A stretch of 64,000 nucleotides of DNA from Chitinophaga pinensis (GCA_945865315.1 CAMBDK010000001.1:4378-68377); one strand, 5' to 3'. Counted from the stretch's first letter, positions 1-10,592 are shown. Notes: a model not told the origin generated them from the letters alone. Translations and numbers: made by a program.

Positions 1-2493
1 ATACGTATAAGGCTGCAGACCACCAGTTGCATTAACCAATAAATTCACCGGCCCCACTGTACAATTTAAAATAGTATCATTACTGATATAAGTTAATAAT
101 ATTGGAGATAATTCAGAGATGTAAAGTTCCGCATTTGCATTTAAAGTGCAGGCTCCTGTTAGGTTAATTGAAAGAAGAATAGTTTCCATAGCTTCCCCGG
201 CACCATCAACTAATCCATTTATACAATAGGATAAAGAATCCTGCCCGGCAGTAAAATTAAGCTGTGTAGGCAAAGCCGGACTATAATCAACCCCATTAGT
301 AGCGGTGCCGCCAATAGTTAAGGTATAGCTTGCAGCTTCAGATATATTAATCATTCGTACAAAATAAATACAAGCTTGGCCGCAGCCTTCATAAAAGGTA
401 GAATCATTTGCAGCACCAATAATCACTGAGGCGGTGATTACAGGAATAGGAAAAAGTGAAACAGTTACGCTATCAATAACGGCAGGTGTTGGGTCGGTCG
501 GAGAACCATTACAAGCATCATTAACCGTTACCATGTATGTTGTATTTGATGTAGTATTCACTGTTGGGTTTGAAGTTGTTCCTGCCCCATTTGTCCATAA
601 ATAAGTATATGGCTGAACTCCTCCTGATACATTTGCTAATAAAGTTACAGGAGCAAGCATATTACATAGCGTTGTATCGTTGCTGATTGAAGTAATTAAT
701 ATTGGAGATAGTTCAGAGATATAAAGTGCAGCATTTGCATTTAAAGCACATACTCCTGAAAGATTGAATGAAAGGAGAATAGTTTCCATAATTTCTCCAG
801 CACCATCAACTAATCCATTTATACAATAGGACACGGAATCCTGTCCGGCTGCAAAAGAAATCGTTGTTGGCAACGCCGGACTATAATCAACCCCATTAGT
901 AGCGGTGCCGCCGATAGTTAATGTATAGGTTTCAGCTTGTGAAATATTAATCATTCGAACAAAATATATACAAGCCTGTCCACAGCCTTCATAGAATGTA
1001 GAGTCATTTGAACTACCATAACTTACTAAGGCTGTGATTGAAGGAATAGGAGAAATGGAAACAGTTACGCTATCAATAACGGCAGGTGTTGGGTCGGTCG
1101 GAGAACCATTACAAGCATCATTAACCGTTACGATGTATGTTGTATTTGTTGTTGGGTTCACTGTTGGATTTGCTATTGCTCCTGCCCCATTTGTCCATGA
1201 ATAAGTATATGGCTGAACTCCTCCTGTCACATTTGCTAATAAAGTTACAGGAGCAAGAATATTACATAGTGTTGTATCGTTGCTGGTATTCAGCAGCATG
1301 GGTGTGTATTCATTTAAATAAACTGTTACGGAACTAGATGGCGGAATACAAAGGCCTGTTCCTTGCGCAGCTATTGTTAAAATAATTGACTCGAATCCTT
1401 CAACATTTCCATCCAAAAGTGCATTAAAACAGATCGAAATAGAATCTTGCCCGGCAGCAAAGATAAATTGGGTAGGGAGAGGCGTTCCAATGCCTGCATT
1501 AACTTCATAATAATCAGTACCATTAACAGCTGTTCCGGTTATTCCAACATTAATAGTATCGGTACTTGTAATGTTTGCAGCCCTTATAAAATAAAGGCAA
1601 GCCGTACCACAGCCTTCATAAAGAATAGTATCGTTAGATCCACCATAACTAATTTCTGAAATGATAGCTACACCAGAACTAGCAAAACTTCCCGCCTCTA
1701 AAAAAACTCCTGAATCAAGCACATCATCGCCACCATCGCCAATGGCTATTTTGATATGATATGTTTGCCCGCATTGCACAGCCGAAATAGCTGTTAATGG
1801 AACCGTAAAGCCATCATACTGGATAGTTGACCCATCAGCAGCTGTGCCCGATCCCCATCCATCACCATTATCAAAATAATATGCACTATTGGTGTTTAAA
1901 TTTAAATTAAACATGGTAACAGGAAGTGAAGTCCCAGGAATTATTGCAATATTTTCTGAATTATTGCTATATGGCCCTGTAATTCCGGGCCCACTAATAA
2001 AAAAACCAAAACCATCGTTAATCCCTCCGGGCAAAGAACTGACAAACTCCATATACTCTTCCGATCCAAAAACATAGCGAAATTTTACCGTATCGGAAGT
2101 TGGAACAAAATCAAATTCCAATATAGTAGCATCAAAACTTGTTGTAGGTGACATTATCAAGTCCAAGTCAGGGTCACCAGGTAAAGCATTTCCTAGGGAT
2201 GAGCTTCCGTTATTATTAGGGCCAACAGCATTGGCAAGGTCTCCGCAAGTTAAAAGGACACCTGATGTAAAACCAATATTGGAACTTGATCCATTAAATG
2301 AGCCACTGGAAATTAAATTGCCATTGTATGTGATATTACTTGCCGTTACACCCGAACCTAATAATACATTTTGCACCAATTGGCTTGGCGTCATACTGCC
2401 ATTAACTGTTAATTGCGCACTTGCTGTACAAATTAAAAAAAACGAAATTAAACTTAGATAGATTTTTTTAAAAATATTTTTGTTTAAAATCAT
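1..2493 (-). CDS. Secreted choice-of-anchor-L domain protein with ~200-aa tandem Calx-beta/Ig-like repeats; partial, runs off the left edge
   Basis: Not in the ORF track because it has no stop within the window. Manual translation from ATG 2493 gives MILNKNIFKKIYLSLISFFLICTASAQLTVNGSMTPSQLVQNVLLGSGVTASNITYNG (signal peptide). It contains EFDFVPTSDTVKFRYVFGSEEY and YDGFTVPLTAIS...CGQTYHIKIAIGD, clearly paralogous to 5199..7337. Confidence 0.85.
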   Translation of the reverse strand, partial: MILNKNIFKKIYLSLISFFLICTASAQLTVNGSMTPSQLVQNVLLGSGVTASNITYNGNLISSGSFNGSSSNIGFTSGVLLTCGDLANAVGPNNNGSSSLGNALPGDPDLDLIMSPTTSFDATILEFDFVPTSDTVKFRYVFGSEEYMEFVSSLPGGINDGFGFFISGPGITGPYSNNSENIAIIPGTSLPVTMFNLNLNTNSAYYFDNGDGWGSGTAADGSTIQYDGFTVPLTAISAVQCGQTYHIKIAIGDGGDDVLDSGVFLEAGSFASSGVAIISEISYGGSNDTILYEGCGTACLYFIRAANITSTDTINVGITGTAVNGTDYYEVNAGIGTPLPTQFIFAAGQDSISICFNALLDGNVEGFESIILTIAAQGTGLCIPPSSSVTVYLNEYTPMLLNTSNDTTLCNILAPVTLLANVTGGVQPYTYSWTNGAGAIANPTVNPTTNTTYIVTVNDACNGSPTDPTPAVIDSVTVSISPIPSITALVSYGSSNDSTFYEGCGQACIYFVRMINISQAETYTLTIGGTATNGVDYSPALPTTISFAAGQDSVSYCINGLVDGAGEIMETILLSFNLSGVCALNANAALYISELSPILITSISNDTTLCNMLAPVTLLANVSGGVQPYTYLWTNGAGTTSNPTVNTTSNTTYMVTVNDACNGSPTDPTPAVIDSVTVSLFPIPVITASVIIGAANDSTFYEGCGQACIYFVRMINISEAASYTLTIGGTATNGVDYSPALPTQLNFTAGQDSLSYCINGLVDGAGEAMETILLSINLTGACTLNANAELYISELSPILLTYISNDTILNCTVGPVNLLVNATGGLQPYTY
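100..1680. repeat. Intragenic ~600-bp tandem repeat units
   Basis: 461-531 is identical to 1061-1131, and 275-312 is identical to 875-912 (600-bp period). The motif CAGCCTTCATA recurs near 383, 983 and 1610. Confidence 0.9.
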
Positions 2494-2569
2494 ACAAATA
2501 ATATTAAGATAGTTTCTAAAAATTGATTTTTTTAGTCATGTTCATAATTTTTCGAACTCCTCTATATTT

Positions 2570-5065
2570 TTATCTCAATAAATGAATAAAACCTTTGGTT
2601 GTGGATTCTACGCCATCAAAAGCTTTTGAGGCAAGCACATAATAATAAACACCTACTTTGCATAATAAACCACTAGTAGTTCTACCGTTCCAGCCTTCAT
2701 TTAACTTTGTTTGTTCATAAATTAAAATACCCCAACGGTCATAAATTTTGCAATTTAATGTCGTCATATTTTTTGTTGAAATTTTAAATACATCATTTAC
2801 TCCATCTTCATTTGGAGAAAACACTGTTGGCACTATAATTTCAGAAAGCAATGGAGGTGCCATCGTAAGTCGAAATACTGCAATTACAGTATCTTCTTGC
2901 GTAAAAGATACAGAAACAGAATCTACCAAAGTGGAAGGTAAAAGCGTGTGGTTTTGAATCTCCCAATGATCAAATACATAACCGGTATTAGCGATGGCTC
3001 TAAAAACAGTTTCCATACCTCCAAAATATGGTGCTTGATACATATAAGTAGATGGAGTCATGCTATTTATTTTTATTTTCCCAGCCCCTGCTGGCTGCAC
3101 ATCTGCTGCAATAGTATAAGGCCCTGATAATGTATAACAATCAATAAGCCCTTGCGTCATTGCGTTACATCTGGCGCTGATATCGGATCTAAAAGAAGCT
3201 GCATTCGCTTGCCAATCGCTGAATAAACCGCCCCATTTATTGCAATGTTCTTGCATTTCGGGTTGAATAACAGCTATCATACTATCATATAATGGAAGCG
3301 TGAAATCGCAGTTCAGAGTACTATTCATTAAATCAATATACCTGGCTTGGTAATATTGTTTGAACTCTGGATTTGCCAATAGTGAATTTAATATTGTTGT
3401 ATGCCCTTGTCCACCAGGGTCTGGTAAAGTTTCAACATCACAAGGATCTGCAGTTGGTGAAGGATTTGGAATTCCTGTATAATTAATATAATGACCCATG
3501 ATTGCATCTAAATCCCAAAGCGTATAACGCCATTTTTTTTTATCTCCCGCGGCACTTAATCCCCTCCACCAGGCTGTATTCCAATCCAACCAATCGGAGG
3601 TTACTAACCATGAATTAAAAACGAAATAATCAACAAAGCTTTTCACATTAAAAAGAGAATCTACATAATTATAATTTGTTTGCACAGCCATATTGTTCGC
3701 AATAATATAGTTTTTTAATGCATCCCAATCAATTTGAGCCTGTGCTCCACCATAGGCACTCCAGGTGCCACCCCAAGTTTGCAAATATTGAAGGTCTTCC
3801 TCTGGTTGATTATAATAGAAGTTGGTAAAATCGGAGTCGTCTACTTTTTCACGTACATCGTAAACTCCCCAATACTGGCCATTCATATAAACAATAGCAG
3901 GTGCCCATGATCGTTCATCCAGGTTTAGGTTTCCTCTTTGTGATAATGTATGCGCATAGGCATCACGGATATGCGCTCCCCCTGTTTGAGAAGGGAAATT
4001 GTCGTTTGCTGCTGCTTTAAAAATAATTCTTTGAAAAGAATTGCGACTTTTATTGCTAAAAATATTGTAGTTGACAGCATTATTATATCCAAATTCATCT
4101 TTTGAAATATAATCGAATCCTCTTTGATTATAAGCCCAAGAATCGTTGCCATGTTCATTTGTTTCACCATTTGTTTCAGCAACTTGAATTTTAGCTTCAT
4201 TAAAATATTCCAAACCAGTTTCAGACGTAACTACGTTTATATCATTTAATAAGTCATCTATGAGGTCACCATATACAGATATAACTGCTACTGTATGGTT
4301 GCTATTTATAAAATAGGTATTGCTTTCAACAAAACTTTCAGGCACCAATGCATTTGAACTAAATACTTTTGCTCTTAAAACAGAGGTGGCAGGAATTAAG
4401 ATAGGTGCAGCATAAATTGCGGATGCTAAAGTTGGAATAGAACCATCGGTAGTATAATAGATTGAAAGTCCGCTACCAATTGCTGAAATTGAAACTGTTT
4501 GCGCTGTAGTATAAAATCCAGCAGCAATATCCATTATAGGTCGACTGGCATATTCTAAATTCGCCCCTGTATTAGCGGCTCCAGGTGATGGGCTAGTGAA
4601 TAAGCCCCAGGTTACATTTCCGTCAGTTGTCCGGCCTCTTGAGTGGTTACTTTGAGTTGGATTTAATGTCATAGAATCGATAATAGTACCTGAAGCATCC
4701 GAAAAAACAAGTGCTTCGGGCTTAGTTTGCGTAAGTTTAATTCCCGCATGAACATCTGGCCCCAAAACGGTATCTTTACCTGAAGCCCAAATTATTAAAT
4801 ACCCATTTGCAGGAATAGAAACCCCTGTTGGGATTTTCCACTTTGTAGGATTACTAATTTTATCGCTTAAATAATATCCACTTAAAGAAATGGCCCCCCC
4901 ACCTGAATTAAATAACTCTACCCAATCCGGTGAATCACCGTAATTATCATAAATAGTACTGACATTAGAACAGGAAAATTCATTTATCATTACCTGGCTA
5001 CTTCCTTGATTGAGAAAACCAAAAAATACAATAACTAGTAATATTATATGTTGTTGTTTTTTCAA
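2570..5065 (-). CDS. CotH kinase family protein with lamin-tail domain, Fn3-associated domain and T9SS type B (CHU_C) sorting domain
   Basis: N-terminal INE...DWVELFN (LTD), IYYTTDGSIP (Fn3_assoc), CotH core (YWGVYDVREK, DWLDWN, WDLD), C-terminal VPTVFSPNEDGVND...IYDRWG...GFIHLLR. TTG start. Confidence 0.85.
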   Translation of the reverse strand: MKKQQHIILLVIVFFGFLNQGSSQVMINEFSCSNVSTIYDNYGDSPDWVELFNSGGGAISLSGYYLSDKISNPTKWKIPTGVSIPANGYLIIWASGKDTVLGPDVHAGIKLTQTKPEALVFSDASGTIIDSMTLNPTQSNHSRGRTTDGNVTWGLFTSPSPGAANTGANLEYASRPIMDIAAGFYTTAQTVSISAIGSGLSIYYTTDGSIPTLASAIYAAPILIPATSVLRAKVFSSNALVPESFVESNTYFINSNHTVAVISVYGDLIDDLLNDINVVTSETGLEYFNEAKIQVAETNGETNEHGNDSWAYNQRGFDYISKDEFGYNNAVNYNIFSNKSRNSFQRIIFKAAANDNFPSQTGGAHIRDAYAHTLSQRGNLNLDERSWAPAIVYMNGQYWGVYDVREKVDDSDFTNFYYNQPEEDLQYLQTWGGTWSAYGGAQAQIDWDALKNYIIANNMAVQTNYNYVDSLFNVKSFVDYFVFNSWLVTSDWLDWNTAWWRGLSAAGDKKKWRYTLWDLDAIMGHYINYTGIPNPSPTADPCDVETLPDPGGQGHTTILNSLLANPEFKQYYQARYIDLMNSTLNCDFTLPLYDSMIAVIQPEMQEHCNKWGGLFSDWQANAASFRSDISARCNAMTQGLIDCYTLSGPYTIAADVQPAGAGKIKINSMTPSTYMYQAPYFGGMETVFRAIANTGYVFDHWEIQNHTLLPSTLVDSVSVSFTQEDTVIAVFRLTMAPPLLSEIIVPTVFSPNEDGVNDVFKISTKNMTTLNCKIYDRWGILIYEQTKLNEGWNGRTTSGLLCKVGVYYYVLASKAFDGVESTTKGFIHLLR

Positions 5066-5198
5066 AATAAAACCTTGTTTTTTTTATTAGTAGAATTTTC
5101 AAAATAAAAACTTAGTTCCAACATAAAATACTTAATCTATTTACAAGGAGGTCTAAATTTTCAGTTAAACTAATTATCAAATTACACACTTAACATCT

Positions 5199-7337
5199 TT
5201 AACGAACTAAAGTAACACTTCCTGTCCGCGTAATTTTTTTACCACTTGCGCTCTCCAAATCAAATGTGCAAATATAAACAGCGGCTTGCCCTGTCTCCCC
5301 TTTATATGTACCATCCCAGCCGTTACGTATATCAAATGTTTCAAAAACTAGTTGGCCCCATCGGTTAAATATTCGCATTCGATATGATTTTATACCTGCC
5401 CCATAACCACTGAAGAAATCATTTTTTTCATTTTTATTTGGGGAGAATGCATTAGGGTAATAGAAATAGAAATCAGGCAAAACAATAATTGTTTGGGATG
5501 TAGTATCCGAGCAATCATTTTGATTTGTTGAAATGAGCTTAACAACATAGGTTCCTTCATTTATATAAAAATGTTGGGGGTTTTTATCTGTAGAAATAGA
5601 ATCTTCCGAGTTGTCGCCAAAATTCCAATAATAAGAAACAGCTCCTGAAGAACTATTGTCAAATGCCAGGGTTTGGTTAGTTGTAAATGTATATTGAAAA
5701 TTTGCATTTATGGGGTAAACAGTAATATTTACACTATCTGTAATTATAAAGCCACAATTATCTTCAACTGTTAATATATAAATTGCCGAATTTTGGGGTT
5801 GAATACTAAAAGAATCAAGGGAAGTAATATTTGGTGACCACAAATACTTATAATTTGGTAAGCCCCCAGTAACTTCGGCATCAATGAATAAATTCCTTCC
5901 CCCACAAATTGTTGTATCATTGTTAAGTTTTAATTCCATAGGGATATAAGGAACAAAATTCACAGTGCAGCTATCAATTGCAATATTTCCACAACTATCG
6001 GTAACTGTAACTATATAGGTTGTAGTTATTGAAGGATTGATGTGAATAGTATCCTTGGTGCCTGATGAATTTGTCCAGCTATAAGAATAGGAACCAATTG
6101 CTACACCTCCAAATGTAGTGGCTGTCAAAAATAAATTTTCTGGAGGACACATAAGGGATGTGTCATCATTTAAACTTACTTTTAATGGAGGGGTATCTAT
6201 GATGTATATTGTTTTGTAGAGGGTATCACTGCCTCCGCAAGTGCTTGTTGCAAACAGTGAAAGCAAAACCGTTTCTGTTCCTTCAATTAATAAGTCGGGC
6301 AAGGAGATAATTTTTACAGAGGCTGTATCCTGACCGATAGCAAAATTAATGCTATCAACTATAGAGGAATAATCCAAACCATTATCGGCAGTGCCACTTA
6401 ATGAAAAGTGAAAAGTCTCTGCAGTTGAAGTATGCGCCAATCCTCTATCAACTAATAAATATGCAAAACCACAACCTTCATAAACTGTGCTATCATTATC
6501 TAAAAGACCACCACCAAAATTTGAGCCTGTTGTTAAGTTTGGAGGCCCAGCACTAGCAAAACTCCCAGCCTCTAAAAAAACACCTGAATCCCAGCTGCCA
6601 TCACCGGCATCAGCAATTGCTAACTTAATATGATAGCTGGTGCCACATTGCACTGGGGAAATAGCCGTGAGAGGAATAGTAAAGCCATCATATTGCACCG
6701 TTAAGCCTGCCGGAATTTCGTTGTCAAAATAGTAAGAAGGATTTGATGTAGCATTTACATTGTTTATAGATACAGGGGTAGAGGTTCCCGGAATTAATGC
6801 AATGTTTTGGCTGGTGTAATTTCCTCCAGCTGGGTTAATACCAGTAATAAAAAAACCAAATACATCATTAAAAGAGGAATTTGCAAATTCCATGTATTCT
6901 TCTGAACCAAAAACATATTTAAATTTAATGGTATCTGACGTGGGTATAAAATCAAATTCCAATATGGTAGCATCATGCAAAGTGTTCGTTGCAATACCAA
7001 CCAAATCAGGATCAGTAGAAGTAAGTCCTGAGCCACCATTGCTTAAACTACCGCTATTGTTTGCCCCATCCGCTACACTAACACTGCCGCTTGCTAATAT
7101 TACACCTGCAGCTAAGCCGATATTTGATGTCGCACCAATAAAGGAACCAATAGCAGTTGCGCCTCCATTATAGGTGATGTTAGAAGCTGTTATACCACCT
7201 CCAAGTAAAATGTTCTGCACCAATTGAGTGGGAGTTAATGCTGTACTTGTTGTTAATTGAGCTTTTATAGATGAAGGCAGGTCAATTATAAGTATTATAA
7301 CAAAACAAAAACAGCGTAGTACATTAAATTTCATCAT
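5199..7337 (-). CDS. Choice-of-anchor-L domain protein with Calx-beta-like, PKD and T9SS type B sorting domains
   Basis: Signal peptide; EFDFIPTSD...FGSEEY...FNDVFGFF; PKD motif YYWNFGD; C-terminal PNAFSPN...IFNRWG...WDG. Confidence 0.85.
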   Translation of the reverse strand: MMKFNVLRCFCFVIILIIDLPSSIKAQLTTSTALTPTQLVQNILLGGGITASNITYNGGATAIGSFIGATSNIGLAAGVILASGSVSVADGANNSGSLSNGGSGLTSTDPDLVGIATNTLHDATILEFDFIPTSDTIKFKYVFGSEEYMEFANSSFNDVFGFFITGINPAGGNYTSQNIALIPGTSTPVSINNVNATSNPSYYFDNEIPAGLTVQYDGFTIPLTAISPVQCGTSYHIKLAIADAGDGSWDSGVFLEAGSFASAGPPNLTTGSNFGGGLLDNDSTVYEGCGFAYLLVDRGLAHTSTAETFHFSLSGTADNGLDYSSIVDSINFAIGQDTASVKIISLPDLLIEGTETVLLSLFATSTCGGSDTLYKTIYIIDTPPLKVSLNDDTSLMCPPENLFLTATTFGGVAIGSYSYSWTNSSGTKDTIHINPSITTTYIVTVTDSCGNIAIDSCTVNFVPYIPMELKLNNDTTICGGRNLFIDAEVTGGLPNYKYLWSPNITSLDSFSIQPQNSAIYILTVEDNCGFIITDSVNITVYPINANFQYTFTTNQTLAFDNSSSGAVSYYWNFGDNSEDSISTDKNPQHFYINEGTYVVKLISTNQNDCSDTTSQTIIVLPDFYFYYPNAFSPNKNEKNDFFSGYGAGIKSYRMRIFNRWGQLVFETFDIRNGWDGTYKGETGQAAVYICTFDLESASGKKITRTGSVTLVR

Positions 7338-7369
7338 TATAAATTAATCTTTATGTTAAGATTGACAAA

Positions 7370-7436
7370 CAAATATAGGAAAATAAATTAAGAATAATAC
7401 TTCCAATTTTAAAAAAAATCAGACAAAAATCAGACA
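7370..7436 (-). promoter_or_regulatory. Putative -7 box (TATATTTG) with an upstream 11-bp tandem direct repeat
   Basis: The minus strand reads TATATTTG at 7377-7370. AAAATCAGACA occurs twice, at 7415-7425 and 7426-7436. Confidence 0.45.
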
Positions 7437-7548
7437 TTAAACACTCATTTTAAGTCATTGATATCACTAGGATGTTAATTTCAATAAAATAGTTGCATTG
7501 TTTTTTAAAAAATAGTTCAGCCCCAAAATAATATAAACACACTTTTTG

Positions 7549-7893
7549 TTATAAATTAAGATCCATTCTTTTATAAAACAACAGCATAATAACTATAAAT
7601 ATAATGGAAGCGCTTATTCCAAAATAATTTAAATCATTAATTAAAACTTGTAGTATTTCCTTTGTAAAAAAGGAAATTACAAATAAATGCACCCCCCATC
7701 GTTTCATATGCCATACACCAATTAGGGATATGAAATTGGCTGCAACAATCAAACCTAATATTGCGGGATACCAGCTGCCTAATTTTTTCATGGAAGGAGA
7801 AAAAACAGCAGGGAAACTAAATACAATCCAGATAAATCCTAAAACACATACAATTGAAAGTAATTTAGGCCTTTTGTTGATAATATATTCCAT
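7549..7893 (-). CDS. Small integral membrane protein (about 4 TM), unknown function
   Basis: 114 aa with four hydrophobic stretches; co-oriented with the ABC permease. Confidence 0.7.
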   Translation of the reverse strand: MEYIINKRPKLLSIVCVLGFIWIVFSFPAVFSPSMKKLGSWYPAILGLIVAANFISLIGVWHMKRWGVHLFVISFFTKEILQVLINDLNYFGISASIIFIVIMLLFYKRMDLNL

Positions 7894-7947
7894 TAAAAAA
7901 TTGTCAATTAATTAATATGTATGTTTTTTAATAAAAATGTTTTAAAA

Positions 7948-9192
7948 CTAATTTGATCGAATAGCCTCTACAGGATCTAGTTGTGAAGCACTGTAGGATG
8001 GAATAAATCCGGAAATTATCCCAATTAAAACAGAAATTGTAAATCCTAAAATAATATTGGATTTGCTTAATTCAATCTCCATTCCAAATGAATCTCCAGC
8101 AAGTTTTGTTATTGCAAAAACAATTAATAGACCAATTATGCCACCAATCAATGATAAAAATATTGACTCAAATAAAAATTGCAATAAAATAAAATAATTT
8201 TTTGCACCCAAAGATTTTTGAATACCAATGATATTCGTTCGCTCCTTTACAGAAACAAACATTATATTGGCAATACCAAATCCACCAACAAGTATTGAAA
8301 AACCACCTATTATCCAACCAGCAATGCCTACTATATCAAATAAACTATCAAATTCTTTAGAAATTAGACTAGTTTGATTTAATGAAAAGTCGGCTTCTGC
8401 TAAAGGCTTTAACTTGTGTATGGAGCGAATTAATCCAGTTAATTCATCTATCAAATCTTGATTACTTACTCCTGATTTTGATCTTACCATTATCTGTGGA
8501 TCAAGATTTTCGTTGCGTATGTCAATTATACTTCGAGCGTAATTTACTGGAACGAGAACTTGCGTATCCGGACTACCCCCCAAAATGCTTTCTCCTTCTT
8601 TTTTAAATACCCCTATAACAGTAACTTTGGCCCCGTTTAATTTTATAGCTTTCCCTAAAGGGCTTTGATTAATAAATAAAGCTTTTGCCAATACATCACC
8701 AATGATAGCCACGGAGCGCCCTGCAGAGGACTCCATTTCAGTGAAATAACGACCTGACGAAATTTCGAAATTTTTTACTTTTTCGTATTGATGTGAGGCG
8801 CATATTGCGGTTACGTTTTCAATGCTATTGCTTTTATGCCTAATGGTTATCTCGGCGCTGATTAGGAATGCCGCAGATTGCGCACTCTTGCATTTGCGGG
8901 TAATTACATCTAACTCATTATAATCAGGTAAAGGGCGTTTCATGTATTTCCACCACGGATAATTTTCTTCAAACGCCCAGGGCCATTTTTGGATAAAAAC
9001 TACATCATCTCCCAAACTCTGAACACTCTTACGAAGATTAAGTTCCAACGAATCTACAACAGTAAATACAGTGATAATTGCAAAAATGCCAATTGTTATC
9101 CCTAACAAGGAAAGAAATGTTCTTAACTTATTAATAGTTAAAGCTTTTATCGCAAAAATAATACTCTCCTTAAATAAACTAATGAAAATCAT
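7948..9192 (-). CDS. MacB/FtsX-family ABC transporter permease
   Basis: RTFLSLLGITIGIFAII N-terminus, periplasmic core, GGFGIANIMFVSVKERTNIIGIQKSLGA, and A...DPVEAIR C-terminus. Confidence 0.92.
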   Translation of the reverse strand: MIFISLFKESIIFAIKALTINKLRTFLSLLGITIGIFAIITVFTVVDSLELNLRKSVQSLGDDVVFIQKWPWAFEENYPWWKYMKRPLPDYNELDVITRKCKSAQSAAFLISAEITIRHKSNSIENVTAICASHQYEKVKNFEISSGRYFTEMESSAGRSVAIIGDVLAKALFINQSPLGKAIKLNGAKVTVIGVFKKEGESILGGSPDTQVLVPVNYARSIIDIRNENLDPQIMVRSKSGVSNQDLIDELTGLIRSIHKLKPLAEADFSLNQTSLISKEFDSLFDIVGIAGWIIGGFSILVGGFGIANIMFVSVKERTNIIGIQKSLGAKNYFILLQFLFESIFLSLIGGIIGLLIVFAITKLAGDSFGMEIELSKSNIILGFTISVLIGIISGFIPSYSASQLDPVEAIRSN

Positions 9193-9327
9193 AAAGTATG
9201 AAGGTGTCTAAATTAAACAAATGTAATAATAAATTATTTTACGATTTTTAAGAATAATATTGGCAATATTATAAAACGATAAACCAAAATAATTTAAAAA
9301 CCAATAAAAGTTTTATCTTTGCAAAAA

Positions 9328-9825
9328 ATGAATATAGTATACCTCATATTGGGTGGAAATGAAGGCAATGTGTTACAAACCCTTCAAAAAACAGAACAGT
9401 TAATATCCGAAAATGTAGGGGAAATTGTTAATAAATCTCACGTTTTTGTTACAAGCGCATGGGGTAATACCAATCAGCCAGATTTTTTGAATCAAGTGTT
9501 TTGTGTAAATACCAAATTGTCTGCAACCATATTATTACAAAAATTAATATCTATAGAACTAAAATTGGGTAGGGTTCGTAAAGATATTAAGTGGACAGAA
9601 AGAACAATTGATATTGATATTTTATTTTATAATAATGATATAATTGAAACAGAGGTATTGAAAATACCACACCCATTGTTAATAGAACGTAAATTTGTTT
9701 TGGTGCCATTGGCAGAATTGGCGCCTAAATTTATTCACCCAATATATAATAAAAATATTGAAACTTTGCTAGTAGAATGCAATGATAAACTTGAAGTAAT
9801 GAAACTCCTTGTAACGAATGGATAA
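9328..9825 (+). CDS. folK: 2-amino-4-hydroxy-6-hydroxymethyldihydropteridine diphosphokinase
   Basis: YLILGGNEG, QPDFLN, ERTIDIDIL, IPHP...RKFVLVPL motifs. ATG 9328 is preferred because the TTG at 9319 lies inside the TATCTTTG -7 box. Confidence 0.95.
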   Translation: MNIVYLILGGNEGNVLQTLQKTEQLISENVGEIVNKSHVFVTSAWGNTNQPDFLNQVFCVNTKLSATILLQKLISIELKLGRVRKDIKWTERTIDIDILFYNNDIIETEVLKIPHPLLIERKFVLVPLAELAPKFIHPIYNKNIETLLVECNDKLEVMKLLVTNG

Positions 9826-10465
9826 AAAAGAATTGCTTTATAACTTTATTGCGATTGAAGGGAATATAGGTGCAGGCAAAACTACCCTCTCAAAAAAGCT
9901 CGCTAATGATTTTAATGCCCGTTTAATTTTGGAGCAATTTGCAGAAAATCCTTTTTTACCAAAATTTTATACCACACCAGAAAAATATGCTTTTCCGCTC
10001 GAGCTGTCCTTTTTGGCAGAACGTTACCAGCAGTTAAAAAACGAACTGGGCAAGCAAGATATGTTTAGTCCTGGAATCGTTTCAGATTATTTTTTTTTAA
10101 AGTCATTAATTTTCGCAAAGGCTAACCTGGCGCATGACGAATTCGGCCTTTATTCTAAGCTCTTTCACATCATAAATGATTCCTTGCCTAAGCCTGATTT
10201 ATTTGTATACCTTTATCATGATGTAGATCGATTGCAAGAAAACATCAAAAAGCGCGGAAGAGTTTACGAACAAAATATCTCCACTGAATACCTTTTGAAG
10301 ATTCAAACTACCTATTTCGACTTTATTAAACAACTAAAGGATTTCCGTATTTTGGTTATAGACGTTAATTTAATAGATTTTGCTAATGACAATGCACATT
10401 ACAAACAAATGATTGAAATTATAAATAAACCATATAAAGTAGGTATAACAAGGATAAGGGCATAA
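9818..10465 (+). CDS. Deoxynucleoside kinase
   Basis: IEGNIGAGKTT P-loop, ENPFLPKFY, KRGRVYE lid; overlaps folK. Confidence 0.93.
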   Translation: MDKKELLYNFIAIEGNIGAGKTTLSKKLANDFNARLILEQFAENPFLPKFYTTPEKYAFPLELSFLAERYQQLKNELGKQDMFSPGIVSDYFFLKSLIFAKANLAHDEFGLYSKLFHIINDSLPKPDLFVYLYHDVDRLQENIKKRGRVYEQNISTEYLLKIQTTYFDFIKQLKDFRILVIDVNLIDFANDNAHYKQMIEIINKPYKVGITRIRA

Positions 10466-10592
10466 AGAATTGCCAGGTAATAAAATAAAATAAAATTAAT
10501 TACATAAAAAGACAGATTGTTTGAAATTTTAATTATTTTTGCGCAACTTATTGAGAAAAGTAAAATATATATCTAAGAACTAAAAAAATAAA

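Noticed and set aside
1137..2461. Short plus-strand ORFs (1137, 1447, 1889, 2231)
   Set aside because: They are antisense shadows of the long minus-strand gene 1..2493 that the ORF track missed.
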